A stretch of 64,000 nt of DNA from an uncultured Actinomycetota bacterium (GCA_963790415.1 CAWBOK010000003.1:404409-468408), one strand, 5' to 3'. Counted from the stretch's first letter, positions 38,455 to 48,746 are shown. Program-made: numbers and translations. Notes: generated by a model not told the origin, from the sequence alone.

Positions 38455-39143
38455 CGGACCCGCCCCTCCATCGCGGCGCTTTCGGCTCTCAGCCACGCGA
38501 TCGCCCGGACAGGCGCTCCGTCGCAGGCGGCGAGAGGGAGGGGTAGGAATGCGCAATCGACGCGTCCCGCGCCCAGACGGTCGAGGGCCCGCAGATTCTC
38601 CACAATCAGTAGACCGCTCCGCAGCAACGCCACATGCGCAGGGAAGGCTGTGAGGTCGGTCGAGCTATCGACGTTGGCAGTATCGGTGCCCACCAGCGTG
38701 ACGCCCGCGTCGACGAGCAACCGCGCGGCATCCTGCGACAGGTAAGGGTTCCTCCACATGAGGTCGCCGCCATAGTGAGCGTCCCAACCGTGCCAGAGCA
38801 GGGCGAAGTCGCCGGCTTGGATTCCCCCGGCCGACGCGATGGCGGTGCGAAGAGTGTCCGGGGTCACCGGGGTATCCGCCGGCTGGGAGCGCAGATCGAG
38901 TACTATCCCGCTGCCGACGAACCGCTCTACCGAGTATTGATCGATGGTCGGCATCTCCGCGAAGAAGTGGTAGCCGGCGTCCATGTGAGTGCCGTCGTGA
39001 GTGCCCATGCGTATCTCGGTGACGGCGTGCCCATGCTCGGCGTGCGTGAGGCGGGGGATGATCTCCACGGGCGGATCTCCCGGGTAGACGGGCTGCCCGG
39101 TGCGCAGAGCTTGGCTCAGGTCGATGATGGTTGACGCGAACAC
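38451..39143 (-). CDS. cyclase-family protein (kynurenine formamidase-like metal hydrolase)
   Basis: HxGTHxDxxxH motif (MGTHDGTHMDAGYHF), full length of the cyclase family. Confidence 0.7.
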   Translation of the reverse strand: MFASTIIDLSQALRTGQPVYPGDPPVEIIPRLTHAEHGHAVTEIRMGTHDGTHMDAGYHFFAEMPTIDQYSVERFVGSGIVLDLRSQPADTPVTPDTLRTAIASAGGIQAGDFALLWHGWDAHYGGDLMWRNPYLSQDAARLLVDAGVTLVGTDTANVDSSTDLTAFPAHVALLRSGLLIVENLRALDRLGAGRVDCAFLPLPLAACDGAPVRAIAWLRAESAAMEGRVR

Positions 39144-39296
39144 GTGTCTGTCCTTTCGATGAACCTACGCCGCGGATGCCGACCGATGCTATCAGCATAG
39201 CGTCTTGCGCCTACACCGGGAACCCCGACGGCTCAGCTCCATCTGGCGACGGCCATCTGCTACCATGACTCCCATCCACACGTAAAGGAGGCCTCC

Positions 39297-39584
39297 ATGG
39301 GCGGCGTCTACGGCACTCCCGACATCCGCATCACTGTCACCGAGGTCCAAGGCTCCGGGAAGGCACCCTGCGGGTACCAGCCCGGCGACTCGTGGCTGGT
39401 CACCGATCTGTGTGCACCCGAAGGGCTCTGCACGTGGGCGATCGCTTCCATCGCCCCGTATCTTGCCACCCTTCGCTTTGGAGGCAGCGTGCCGTGGGAG
39501 GATGACAAGGATAGGGTCGTGGCGTGCTGTTCAGACGCCGCGAACCCCGTGGCGTTCGAACTGCGCAGACTTCCGGCTTCCTAG
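39297..39584 (+). CDS. TIGR04076-family small Cys-rich protein
   Basis: CTWAIASIAPYLATLRFGG...ACCSDAANPVAFEL signature, RBS AAAGGAGG upstream. Confidence 0.55.
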   Translation: MGGVYGTPDIRITVTEVQGSGKAPCGYQPGDSWLVTDLCAPEGLCTWAIASIAPYLATLRFGGSVPWEDDKDRVVACCSDAANPVAFELRRLPAS

Positions 39585-39588
39585 TCCG

Positions 39589-40200
39589 ATGACGTACCAC
39601 GGCGCCGCACAAGAGTTGCAGTTCCTCGTTGAGAGGGCAAAGGATTTCGGGGCAACGCACGCCGCGCTGATGCCCGCCGAGCGGGTAGTGGTGGATGAGC
39701 GCGTGCGGTTGAAGTGCGCCGTACCGGTGTGCCAGGGCTACGGGAACTACCTGCACTGCCCGCCCAACACCATGTCGGTGGCCGAGTTCCGCGTTGTGCT
39801 CGAGCGGTTCTCCGTGGCGCTGCTGGTGCAGGTCGAGTCCGAGCGGAACTCCGCCGATCTGGACGCGCAGGGGCTGGCGGGGAAGAACGCGGCCGAACTC
39901 GAGGCCCTGCTCCATGGCGAACCGAACCTACTGCTCGGCCGCGTCATCACCCAGATGGAGGCCGAGGCGTTCAAGGCCGGTTACTACTACGCCGCCGGCT
40001 TCAGCGGGGGCATCTGTCTGCTATGCCCGGAGTGCGTCGGCGTGGGTAGCGGCAAACCCTGTCGCCGACCGTACGAGGCCCGTCCGTCGATGGAGGCCGT
40101 GGGCATCGACGTGTTCAAGACCGCGGCCAACGCGGGTCTGGCCATCTCGTTGTCGTCGGATCAACCTGTGAGGTGGACCGGATTGGTCCTGGTGGACTAG
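39589..40200 (+). CDS. DUF2284 predicted metal-binding protein
   Basis: KCAVPVCQGYGNYLHCPP...ICLLCPECVG motifs. Start MTYHGAAQEL lies 4 nt after the upstream stop. Confidence 0.55.
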   Translation: MTYHGAAQELQFLVERAKDFGATHAALMPAERVVVDERVRLKCAVPVCQGYGNYLHCPPNTMSVAEFRVVLERFSVALLVQVESERNSADLDAQGLAGKNAAELEALLHGEPNLLLGRVITQMEAEAFKAGYYYAAGFSGGICLLCPECVGVGSGKPCRRPYEARPSMEAVGIDVFKTAANAGLAISLSSDQPVRWTGLVLVD

Positions 40201-40285
40201 AAGACGCCCTCGAGGCGGACGACGCATCGTGCCGCCCAGTGCGCCCCCCCCGGCGGCCAAGGCTTCGTTTCGCAACGCGCTCCTA

Positions 40286-40648
40286 CTAGAGCTTGGTCAT
40301 CTTGATGGTGACGTCCTTCGGCAGCGCGAGCCCCGCTGAGGCCTCGGCAGCCTTCAGGATGCCCGATCCCACCGGGCAGGTGACGTGGCGCACGCACCCG
40401 GAGAGCACGCCGTACACGTGACCGTGACCCAGTCCGGCCTTCAGCTCCTCCAACATGTCCATCTCGGTGAGTTCCTCCACGGCCTTGGTGACCATGTCGC
40501 ACTCGGTCTCTATGGTCAGTTTGACCTTCCGCATGGACTCGGCTTCAGCGATCACGCTGGTGTGGAAGCCGCAGATACCCGCGTCTATGTCCGCTCTAAC
40601 GGCCGATTTGGCTGTGCCGGTGGTGCGAGGTATGTTGTTCTCGGTCAT
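40286..40648 (-). CDS. hypothetical Cys/His-containing small protein
   Basis: 120 aa, ordinary composition (ICGFHTSVIAE...GCVRHVTCPVGSG). No family assigned. Confidence 0.35.
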   Translation of the reverse strand: MTENNIPRTTGTAKSAVRADIDAGICGFHTSVIAEAESMRKVKLTIETECDMVTKAVEELTEMDMLEELKAGLGHGHVYGVLSGCVRHVTCPVGSGILKAAEASAGLALPKDVTIKMTKL

Positions 40649-40654
40649 TGCGCG

Positions 40655-40984
40655 TCACCCCTTGTGCAGGTGGAGTAGGAATACCATGTCGTCTATGGCG
40701 TCTACGGCGTGTTTGAGGCCGGCCGGCATGAAGATGTACGTGCCGGCAGGTGCGTCGTGGCGTTCGTCGCCCAGGAGCACCGAAGCGTGCCCTTTGAGGA
40801 TGTGGATGGACGCCGGCACGCCGGCCGTGTGCTCGGATAGCGATTGGCCGGGGGCGAACGCCATGATCAGAGCCTTGACGGCGGACTCGTCCACTATGGT
40901 CTTGCTCACGATGCCGTCTTTCGCGAACTCGATGATATCGGACAGGTTGCCCACCCACGGAGTGGTAAGCGGCGCGTCGGCCAT
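40655..40984 (-). CDS. cupin-domain protein
   Basis: 109-aa C-terminal part of ORF 40655..41641 (HTAGVPASIHILKGHASVLLGDERHDAPAGTYIFMPAGLKHAV). Upstream part of the ORF is rejected. Confidence 0.55.
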   Translation of the reverse strand: MADAPLTTPWVGNLSDIIEFAKDGIVSKTIVDESAVKALIMAFAPGQSLSEHTAGVPASIHILKGHASVLLGDERHDAPAGTYIFMPAGLKHAVDAIDDMVFLLHLHKG

Positions 40985-41001
40985 GGTGTGTCTCTCCTTC
41001 G

Positions 41002-41592
41002 TTAGAGTGACGGGCGGAAGCAGACGCCCAAGAGCAAGGTGGCGACGTCCCTGCCGGGATTCCCCATGAGCGAGCGGATATACTCGTCGCCGGGAGTGGA
41101 CGGGGATCCCACGCCGCACACCGTGAAGGGTGAGTCTTCGCCTTCCAATGGCAAACAGACGAACGGCATCACAAAACGGCTCTTCCCGCGCGGGCGAGGC
41201 TCCTTGTACATGACGAAGTCGTCGGAGATGAAGATGCAGCGCTTGCTCTCCCGAGCCTCGGCGATGCGGCTCTGAGGCAGCCACTCCCCGATCATCCTGT
41301 CGTCCTCGTCGACCATGATGGTCCAGGGAGCAGGGGGCTCGTTGGTCATGGGCCCTGTGGTCACCGCGAAGACGACGTCGGAGGCCAGGGCCGCGTGGAT
41401 CCCTTCGTTCACGAACGGCATGATTCCCCCCGCGGCGCCGGACTCCTCCGCCAAGTCCTCCAGCCGCTGTGCCTCGCTCCGCTCCTCGGCCGTGAGTAGC
41501 CGCATATCGACCACGTCGGCTACGCTGCGCATCAACACCCGCAGTTGCGGCACAAGTTCGGCCGGATCGGGATGTCGGCGCGTCGCGTCCAT
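41002..41592 (-). CDS. hypothetical protein
   Basis: 196 aa with ordinary composition, no family recognised. Confidence 0.35.
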   Translation of the reverse strand: MDATRRHPDPAELVPQLRVLMRSVADVVDMRLLTAEERSEAQRLEDLAEESGAAGGIMPFVNEGIHAALASDVVFAVTTGPMTNEPPAPWTIMVDEDDRMIGEWLPQSRIAEARESKRCIFISDDFVMYKEPRPRGKSRFVMPFVCLPLEGEDSPFTVCGVGSPSTPGDEYIRSLMGNPGRDVATLLLGVCFRPSL

Positions 41593-41701
41593 GACGTGGA
41601 TTGTACCGCAATGAGAGAGACCCGGGTGGTGGGGGGTCCACCCGGGTCAGAATGGGCGAGATGCGGCCGGCCGGCCGCGGGCGGCCGGCGGCGCCAGGAG
41701 A

Positions 41702-43048
41702 CTATCCGGTCACGGCTGCGTCGGTGATGTCCAGGCCCGCGTCGAAGATCTCGAATGCGGCCCGCAGTTCCTCCTCGGTGACGCACAGCGGGGGGTTGGT
41801 GAAAAAGTTGTTCCAGTTCACGAAGACGTACAGGCCGTTCTCCTTGAAGAAGGCGCCCAGCTCCTGCATCTCGGGGCTGGTGCCGTTGAATGGGGCCATC
41901 GGCTCCTTCGTCTGGCGGTTCCGCACCAACTCGACGAGGCCGAAGAGCCCGATCGAGCGGACGTCGCCCACCGAGGGGTGCTTCGCCTTGAGATCGGCTA
42001 TCAGGCCGGCCATGACGACGCCCATGCGCCGAGAGTTGCCCACCAGGTCGTCCTCGTGCAGTACCTTGAGCGTGGCCACCGCCGCCGCCAGGCACATGGG
42101 GTGGGCGCTGTACGTCAGTCCGCCGAAGTACATGCGGTCCTGGTAGAAGTCCGCGATCTTCTTGCTGATGGCCACCGCGCCCAGCGGTAGATAGGCCGAC
42201 GTGAGGCCTTTGGCCATGGTGATGATGTCGGGCTCCACCTTCCAGTGGTCCACCGCGAACCAGGCGCCGGTACGGCCCAGGCCGGCCATGACTTCGTCGC
42301 AGATCAGCAGGATGCCGTATCTGTCGCAGAGCGCGCGCAGTCCCTGCATGTAGCCGTCGGGCGGCACGATCAGGCCGTTGGTGCCGGTGACGGGTTCCAC
42401 GAAGATGGCAGCCACGGTCTGGGGCCCCTCATACATGAGGGTCTCTTCGAGCTGATCGAGGCACTTCTGCGAGAACACGGCGTCGCTGTCACCCTCCACG
42501 TAGAGGTGGCTGCGGTACTTGTAGGGGTCGAACACCCGGATGATCCCGGGGTAACCGGGCTCGTTCGCCCAGCGACGCGGATCGCCGGTGAGGGCGATGG
42601 CCCCCGCGGTGGCTCCGTGATACGACCGGTAGCGGGTGACGATCTTGTGGCGGCCGGTGAACGCTTTGGCCATGCGGATAGCGTTCTCGTTCGCCTCGGC
42701 GCCGCCCAGTGTGTAGAAGAACGTGTCGAGGTCGCCCGGCGTGACTTCAGCCAGCTTCTCCCCCAGCTCCGCGCGCACCCGCGTGGCCATGCCCGGCCCG
42801 GCGTAGACCAACTCGTCGGCCTGAGCCTTGATGGCGTCGATGACGCGCTGGTCGCCGTGGCCGATGTTGACGCACATAAGCTGGGAGTTCATGTCCGTGT
42901 AGCGTTTGCCGTCGGCATCCCAGAAGTAGACGCCCTTGGCCCGCGTCATCGCGATCGGGTTGACGGTTCCCTGCACCGACCAGGAGAAGAAGGAGTGTTT
43001 CTTGCTTTGCTCTACGATCTCGGCGCCGGACATCAGTTCAGTCGCCAT
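41702..43048 (-). CDS. class-III (omega) aminotransferase, beta-alanine/taurine:pyruvate type
   Basis: PLP lysine region (DIITMAKGLTS), full-length similarity to AT-III family, intact 448 aa. Confidence 0.85.
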   Translation of the reverse strand: MATELMSGAEIVEQSKKHSFFSWSVQGTVNPIAMTRAKGVYFWDADGKRYTDMNSQLMCVNIGHGDQRVIDAIKAQADELVYAGPGMATRVRAELGEKLAEVTPGDLDTFFYTLGGAEANENAIRMAKAFTGRHKIVTRYRSYHGATAGAIALTGDPRRWANEPGYPGIIRVFDPYKYRSHLYVEGDSDAVFSQKCLDQLEETLMYEGPQTVAAIFVEPVTGTNGLIVPPDGYMQGLRALCDRYGILLICDEVMAGLGRTGAWFAVDHWKVEPDIITMAKGLTSAYLPLGAVAISKKIADFYQDRMYFGGLTYSAHPMCLAAAVATLKVLHEDDLVGNSRRMGVVMAGLIADLKAKHPSVGDVRSIGLFGLVELVRNRQTKEPMAPFNGTSPEMQELGAFFKENGLYVFVNWNNFFTNPPLCVTEEELRAAFEIFDAGLDITDAAVTG

Positions 43049-43051
43049 ATC

Positions 43052-44593
43052 TCAGCTCCAGGTGCCCATGGTCTTGGGATCCCAGATCCAGCGGTTCACG
43101 ACCACCTTCTTGTCGGTGAAGAAGTCGATCGCGTCCCGGCCTTGGCCGTGCAGGTCGCCGAAGAACGAGTCTTTGCGTCCCGCGAAGGGGAAGTAGGCCA
43201 TCGCGGCCGGCACGCCGATGTTGATGCCGATGTTGCCGGCGTTCGCCTCGTACTTGAACTTGCGGGCGGTGAAGCCGTCCTGGGTGTAGATGGAGGCGGC
43301 GTTGCCGTAGGGGCTCTCGTCGATGATCTTGAGCGCCTCGTCGAGGGTGTCGACCTTCATGATGCAGGCCACGGGCCCGAAGATCTCCTCCTGCGCGATG
43401 GTCATCTCGGGCGTCACGTTGTCGAAGATGGTCGGGCCGACGAAGTAGCCGTCTTCACAGCCCGGAGTGACCACGTCGGGGTCGCGCCCGTCGAGCAGTA
43501 GGGTGGCGCCCTCCGCGATGCCCGTCTCGATCAGGCTGAGGATGCGTTCTTTGGCCGACTTCGAGATGACCGGGCCCACGGCCACGCGCTCGTCGAGGCC
43601 ATATCCCACGGATACCTTCTCTGCTTGGGCTTTGAAGGCGGCGGCCGCCGCCATGTGGGTCTCTTCTCCCACGCACACCAGCACCGAGCCTGCCAGGCAG
43701 CGCTCGCCCGCACAGCCGAAGAAGGAGTTGATCCAGTTCTGAGACGCCTTATCGAGCACGGCGTCGGGCATGACCACCAGGTGGTTCTTCGCGCCCGCTT
43801 GAGCCTGCACGCGCTTCTTGAACTTGGCGCCCTCGTGGTAGACGTAATGCCCCACGCGGGTGGAACCCACGAACGAGATGCCTCGGATCAGCGGGTGGTG
43901 CAGCATCGCGTCGACGACTTCCTTGTCGCCGTTCACCATGTTCATCACGCCTGCCGGCAGGCCGACTTCCTGCAGGAGCTCGAAGATCAGCATCTGGCTG
44001 ATGGGGTCCTGCTCCGACGGCTTCACGATGAAGGTGTTGCCCGCGGCGATCGCGTACGGCCAGAACCAGAACGGCACCATCATGGGGAAGTTGAAGGGGG
44101 CGATGCATGAGAACACGCCCATCGGCTGGCGGATCATCTCTTCGTCGATGCCGGGGGCGGCGCCGTCCTCCAGGTTGTAGCCCATCATCAGCGACGGCAT
44201 GCCGCAGGCCACCTCGAGGTGTTCGATGCCGCGGGCCACGGACCCGCGGGCTTCCTCCAGGCTCTTGCCGTGTTCCTGCGTGACCACGCGGGCCAGATCC
44301 TCGAGATGCTCCTCCATCGCCTGCTTCATCTTGTAGAGGTACTGCACCCGCACCTGCGGCGGCACCCGACGCCACTCCTGGTAGGCGGCGTGAGCGGCCT
44401 GTGCGGCGGCGTCGACCTCAGCGGCCGTGGACATGGCCACCGTGGCTATCTCCTTGCCGGTTGCTGGGTTGTCGATCGAGAGGATGCGGCTACTCTCCGA
44501 CGGCGCGAAGCATCCGTCTATGTAGTTGGGCACGAGTCCGTAGTGGGCCCTGTACTCAGGGATGAGCACAACGGGGTTCTCGGTTACCGACAT
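43052..44593 (-). CDS. mmsA: CoA-acylating methylmalonate/malonate-semialdehyde dehydrogenase
   Basis: Aldehyde-dehydrogenase catalytic Cys (FFGCAGERCLAGS) and Glu regions. N-terminal IPEYRAHYGLVPNYIDG is typical of MmsA. Confidence 0.85.
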   Translation of the reverse strand: MSVTENPVVLIPEYRAHYGLVPNYIDGCFAPSESSRILSIDNPATGKEIATVAMSTAAEVDAAAQAAHAAYQEWRRVPPQVRVQYLYKMKQAMEEHLEDLARVVTQEHGKSLEEARGSVARGIEHLEVACGMPSLMMGYNLEDGAAPGIDEEMIRQPMGVFSCIAPFNFPMMVPFWFWPYAIAAGNTFIVKPSEQDPISQMLIFELLQEVGLPAGVMNMVNGDKEVVDAMLHHPLIRGISFVGSTRVGHYVYHEGAKFKKRVQAQAGAKNHLVVMPDAVLDKASQNWINSFFGCAGERCLAGSVLVCVGEETHMAAAAAFKAQAEKVSVGYGLDERVAVGPVISKSAKERILSLIETGIAEGATLLLDGRDPDVVTPGCEDGYFVGPTIFDNVTPEMTIAQEEIFGPVACIMKVDTLDEALKIIDESPYGNAASIYTQDGFTARKFKYEANAGNIGINIGVPAAMAYFPFAGRKDSFFGDLHGQGRDAIDFFTDKKVVVNRWIWDPKTMGTWS

Positions 44594-44718
44594 GGGCGCG
44601 GTCCTCCTGTGGGCTATTCCGGGCTCGCGAGAGCGCACGGGAACGGTTGCTGGTCTGCACCATCAGGCTACCGTCGCGACCTGACCCTGTCCAGTGGTAG
44701 TATGCACTGCCATGAGAT

Positions 44719-46510
44719 GTGAAGGCAGCATACTGCACACTTGCGATGGGTCCGACTAGCCGTTCTGGCCAAGATTCGTCGGGGCCGGCCCTGACCATCC
44801 GCGACCTTCTCGCGGAGGCCGAGTTCGGGTTGGTGACGCTCGCCGGCGAGCGCGGCGGCGAACGAGGCGGTCGAGGGCATCCACCTCTCGGAGCTGGAGG
44901 ACCCGACCCCGTGGATGGCGCCCCGCAGCCTTCTTCTGTCGACCGGGCTGAACCTGGTCTCCGATCCCTCATTCGGAGCGAGACTGGTGGACGCGATGGT
45001 GCGGGCCGGCATGGCCGGCATCGGCATCTCCCTGGGTCACTACGTGGACGCGTTGCCGGACGTGATGGTGCGCCGCGCCCAAGAGCTGTCGCTGCCCCTG
45101 TTCACCGTGCCCATGAGCGTGCCGTTCCGCCGCATCACCTCGTACGTGTACCTGGCTCTCAGCTCTCAGGACACCTACCGGCTGCGGCGCACACTGTCGC
45201 TACAAAGCCACCTGCTGGAACTCCTGCTCGAAGAGCGGGGGCCGGCCGACCTCGTGGGCCAACTGGCCGAGTTGCTGGAGACCACCGTCTTCCTGTTCGA
45301 CGGCCGGGGCGAACTCGTGGCCGAAGCCCAGACCCAGGCCCGGTTCAGCGTCCGTGGTCGGAAGGCGCTATGGGGCGGCTACCGCGAGCACCGCGAGCGG
45401 CGTGAGCCGTTGCACTCGTTCCAGTTGTCCGGCTATCGCGTCTCGTATCGGGAGGCCTCGCTCTACGGCCGGGTGGACCGCGTGTTGGTCGCCGCGTACG
45501 CGAACCGGCCCATCCCGGAACTGGCCGAGACCACGCTGTCGTTCGCCCAAAAGCTCATCACGCTCGACCGTCTGCGCGAGCGCGATGTCGCCGCCCTGGA
45601 GCGGCGCATGCGCGTGGGCCTGCTCGACGATCTGGTTTCGGGCATCGGCAGCGAACGCGACCTTCGCGAGCGTATGACCTACCACGGTCTCGACGTTTCC
45701 GCGTGGTGGCGCGTGGCGGTGCTGGATATAGAGGACGTCACCGGCCGTCACTCCCAGGGCAGCGACCGCAGTGAGGAGCAGATCCAGGAGATAAAGACGG
45801 CCCTTCTCGAGAGTGCGGAGCGGTTCCTCGGCGACCACGGGCTGCCGTATCTGACGGTGCCGAAGAGCGACACGGTGGTGGTGTTGATACAGTTCGGCGA
45901 CATCGACCGAGCGGCGGCCGAGCGGACCCTCACCTCGCTCTGGCGCGCGACCGAGCAGGAGGTGGGCGCCATCACCGTGAGCATCGGGGTCTCGGCGCCG
46001 GGACGTGGGCCTGCGGCCGCTCAGGGCGCGTTCCGCCAGGCGCTGGAGGCGGCGGATCTGGCCAAGCGTCGCGGCGGACAGCGCATCAGGTTCTTCGACC
46101 AGCTCCATCCCGAGGAGCGGCTGTTGGAGACGCAGAGCGCGGAAGCGCTGACGGCCATCTACGAGGACACCGTCGCACCCTTGGTGGAGCACGACCGGCG
46201 GCGGAACGGTCATCTGGTCGACACGTTGAAGGCATACCTGGGCGCCGATAGGTCGGTAGGGGCAGCCGCCGCGAGCCTCAACCTGCACCGCAACACGCTT
46301 ACCAAGCGGCTCGAGCGCATCGAGGCGCTCCTGGGGTTGAGTCTGACCGCCAACGACGACCTGGTCTCGCTCACCTTGGGGTTGCGGGCCTGGGAGTTGC
46401 TCGCGGGGAGTACTGAGCGCGCAACTGGCGTCGTCGCGGGAGGGCTTGCTGCGCGGGAAGCGGGTTCTGCGCCTCCGATTGGGCGCGCAGGGTCGTCAAC
46501 CACTCGTTGA
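44719..46510 (+). CDS. PucR/CdaR-family transcriptional regulator with a +1 frame change near 44860
   Basis: N-terminal 50 aa in ORF 44719 (LTIRDLLAEAEFGLVTLAGE). The rest EAVEGIHLSELEDPTPWM... through the C-terminal HTH (LNLHRNTLTKRLERIEALLG) is in ORF 44915..46510. Confidence 0.7.
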
Positions 46511-46600
46511 TGTGGGCCTGAGCTACCCGCTCGCTCGACCCCAACCAAAGTCCGATTCCTGTGTGGCCTCCAAGCGTGGCAGAATCGCGTCGCAATCATC

Positions 46601-46990
46601 GTGGACGCGAGGTTTCGGGCGATGGTAGAGTTTCTGCCTCAAGTCGAGCCGCATGAGCGTGAGTGTCACGTTCGTGCGCCGAAGCTGCTGGATCAGCTTC
46701 GGGAGGCCTTGCGGTCTCGTCATTACAGCACGGGTACGGAGTTGGCCTACTGTGGGTGGGTCGAACGCTTCGTCTACTTCCACCGTGTACGCCACCCGGC
46801 AGATATGAGTGAGCCCGAGATCAACGCGTTCCTGACGCACCTTGCCGTGCGGGAGAAGGTCGGCGCGTCGACGCAGAACCAGGCACTATCCGTGCTGCCA
46901 CGGGTCGGGGTGGTGGGAAGACAGCTTTCGGATCGCCTGGGGGGTGCTGGGAATCACCCGCTCGTCGCACTCCGCAGCACCGGGGCGTAG
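46601..46990 (+). pseudogene. 5' fragment (~95 aa) of an integron-integrase-like tyrosine recombinase (IntI/XerD N-terminal SAM-like domain); catalytic domain absent
   Basis: LLDQLREALRSRHYSTGTELAYCGWVERFVYFHRVRHPADMSEPEINAFLTHLAVREKVGASTQNQALSVL closely matches IntI N-termini. Homology stops at about 46885, where the antisense IS110-like fragment begins. Confidence 0.55.
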
Positions 46991-47046
46991 CACAGCCACG
47001 GCGATCGTCTCCTTGTGGACATCCAGTCCAATGTGAGTAAGCTTGT
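46885..47046 (-). mobile_element. 5' fragment of an IS110-family transposase gene (MDKLTHIGLDVHKETIAVAVL...)
   Basis: Reverse complement of 47046-46885 reads ATG GAC AAG CTT ACT CAC ATT GGA CTG GAT GTC CAC AAG GAG ACG ATC GCC GTG GCT GTG, the diagnostic IS110 N-terminus. The frame ends after about 54 aa. Confidence 0.5.
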
Positions 47047-47170
47047 CCATGGTCGGTCCCTCCGTGTGTTGCTCTCTCGGCGGACCACCTCCGCCGACAA
47101 TCCACGTTATACGCGGACTGGGCCGGCCATCTCATAGTGACTAGGCCCACGAACCGCTTGCTCACCCGAT

Positions 47171-47353
47171 GTGGCCCCAAGGGAGCGCTATGTGCACTCG
47201 AGCTGTGTACCTTGGACCCGACCAGACGGTTATCACGGCCCCCCACGTTCCCTCACCTGGACGTCGCGCTACGGCAGCGTGGTTGCCACCGGATACGATG
47301 CCGGCACTGCCGACGGGATGAGCGAGGCGGGGCTCGTCGTCAGCATGCTCTAG
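47171..47353 (+). pseudogene. fragment of a choloylglycine-hydrolase/linear-amide C-N hydrolase (Ntn) gene
   Basis: SLTWTSRYGSVVATGYDAGTADGMSEAGLVVSML matches the conserved N-terminal core (WTSkYGSV...GmNEkGL). Surrounded by non-coding-looking sequence. Confidence 0.35.
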
Positions 47354-47493
47354 CCACAAGCCCGAACACGTTCTGGGTGCCGCTGGGTGATCTGGCGCTG
47401 GGCGAGGGGGCTGGGGTCCAGAAGCTCGGGCTCGCTTGACGAGCACGGCACCTTAGGGAGAAGAACCCGTGGCCCGGCTACGATGGGGATGAC

Positions 47494-47668
47494 GTGACCA
47501 AGCCTCGGTACTGTCTGACAGGTAGGATCAAAACGTGCGGTGAGATCGCGGGCGGTGCCGCCACGTCTTGTCTCGACTGCGCTGGCTTCCCTTGCACCCG
47601 ACTGCGCCGGCTCGACAAGCGGCATCGCACCAAATACGGCATGAGTCGGGAGGAAACGTGCAGATGAA
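47494..47668 (+). pseudogene. C-terminal fragment of a DUF3795-like Cys-rich zinc-binding protein
   Basis: YCLTGRIKTCGEIAGGAATSCLDCAGFPCTRLRRLDKRHRTKYG matches the C-terminal half of DUF3795. No N-terminal half upstream. Confidence 0.3.
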
Positions 47669-47686
47669 GGACGCTCGGCGGGCTCT

Positions 47687-48043
47687 GTGATGGACGTCCT
47701 GTTCCATGTCGCGTCGGCCTTGACCGGCCTTTGGGGGGTCGCTCACCTCGTCGCCACACGCGGCGTGGTGGCGGGTTTCGGCGAACTCACGGCGGACAAC
47801 CGCCGAATCATCACCATGGAGTGGATCGTCGAGGGCGTAGCGCTCATCTCGACGGCCGCCTTCGTCGCCGCTGCGACGGCGATCGACTCACAGACCGCGG
47901 TCTCGAGTGCGGTCTATGCCGTGGCGATGACGACGCTGCTCGCACTTGCACTTGTATCCCTGTTCACCGGGTTCAGGGTCGCGTTTTGCCCGATCATCTT
48001 CACGCTCTCTGCCGTCCTGATCGCCCTAGGCGCTTGGCTGTGA
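47687..48043 (+). CDS. small integral membrane protein (4 TM)
   Basis: 118 aa, four hydrophobic helices. Confidence 0.45.
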   Translation: MMDVLFHVASALTGLWGVAHLVATRGVVAGFGELTADNRRIITMEWIVEGVALISTAAFVAAATAIDSQTAVSSAVYAVAMTTLLALALVSLFTGFRVAFCPIIFTLSAVLIALGAWL

Positions 48044-48410
48044 CAGTGCGCTTGGTCGGCGGCGTCAGACGGCGGAGACAATCCGTCTCCAGGTTGTTGG
48101 GATCCAATCCCCAGCGGCTATTCTTCTGGCATGAAGCCGACGACTTCGAGGTTCGCAACCTGCGGGCGACATTCGCGTCAGAGACGTCAGCGACTGCCAG
48201 CCAGCCTCAGCTCTCGCAGGAGGTATCATGACCGAGGAGACCGTCGCCGAGAAGGCGCGCATCAAGGCGGGGACCACGATCGCGGTCCTGAACCGGGTTC
48301 CCGGCACGATGAACATGCGGCCGCTGGGTCTCGTGGGCATCGATGACACCTGGTCGGCGTTCCGGCTGCGACCAGGGCAGTAGCTGTCGCGCGAACCGAT
48401 CGACACGGGA

Positions 48411-48746
48411 GTGACTATGCAGATCTCGGGCATTCCATTCGGCACTACAGATTGGTCCAAGATCGAACGCACTGAACACAAGGGCACGACCGGGATGGCC
48501 TACTGGCGCACGCAACACTTCGGCGGGATCAGGGTGCGGATGGTCGAGTACACGCCCGGCTACCTCGCCGATCATTGGTGTGCGAAGGGACACATACTGC
48601 TGTGCATGGAAGGCGAACTCGACACTGAGTTGGAAGACGGCCGCCGGTTCACGTTGACACCAGGCACGAGCTACCAGGTCGCGGACGATGCGGAACCGCA
48701 CCGTTCGTCCACCGCGGGTGGTGCCACCCTCTTCATCGTCGACTGA
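48411..48746 (+). CDS. DHCW-motif cupin-fold protein
   Basis: GYLADHWCAKGHILLCMEGEL motif. Confidence 0.6.
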   Translation: MTMQISGIPFGTTDWSKIERTEHKGTTGMAYWRTQHFGGIRVRMVEYTPGYLADHWCAKGHILLCMEGELDTELEDGRRFTLTPGTSYQVADDAEPHRSSTAGGATLFIVD

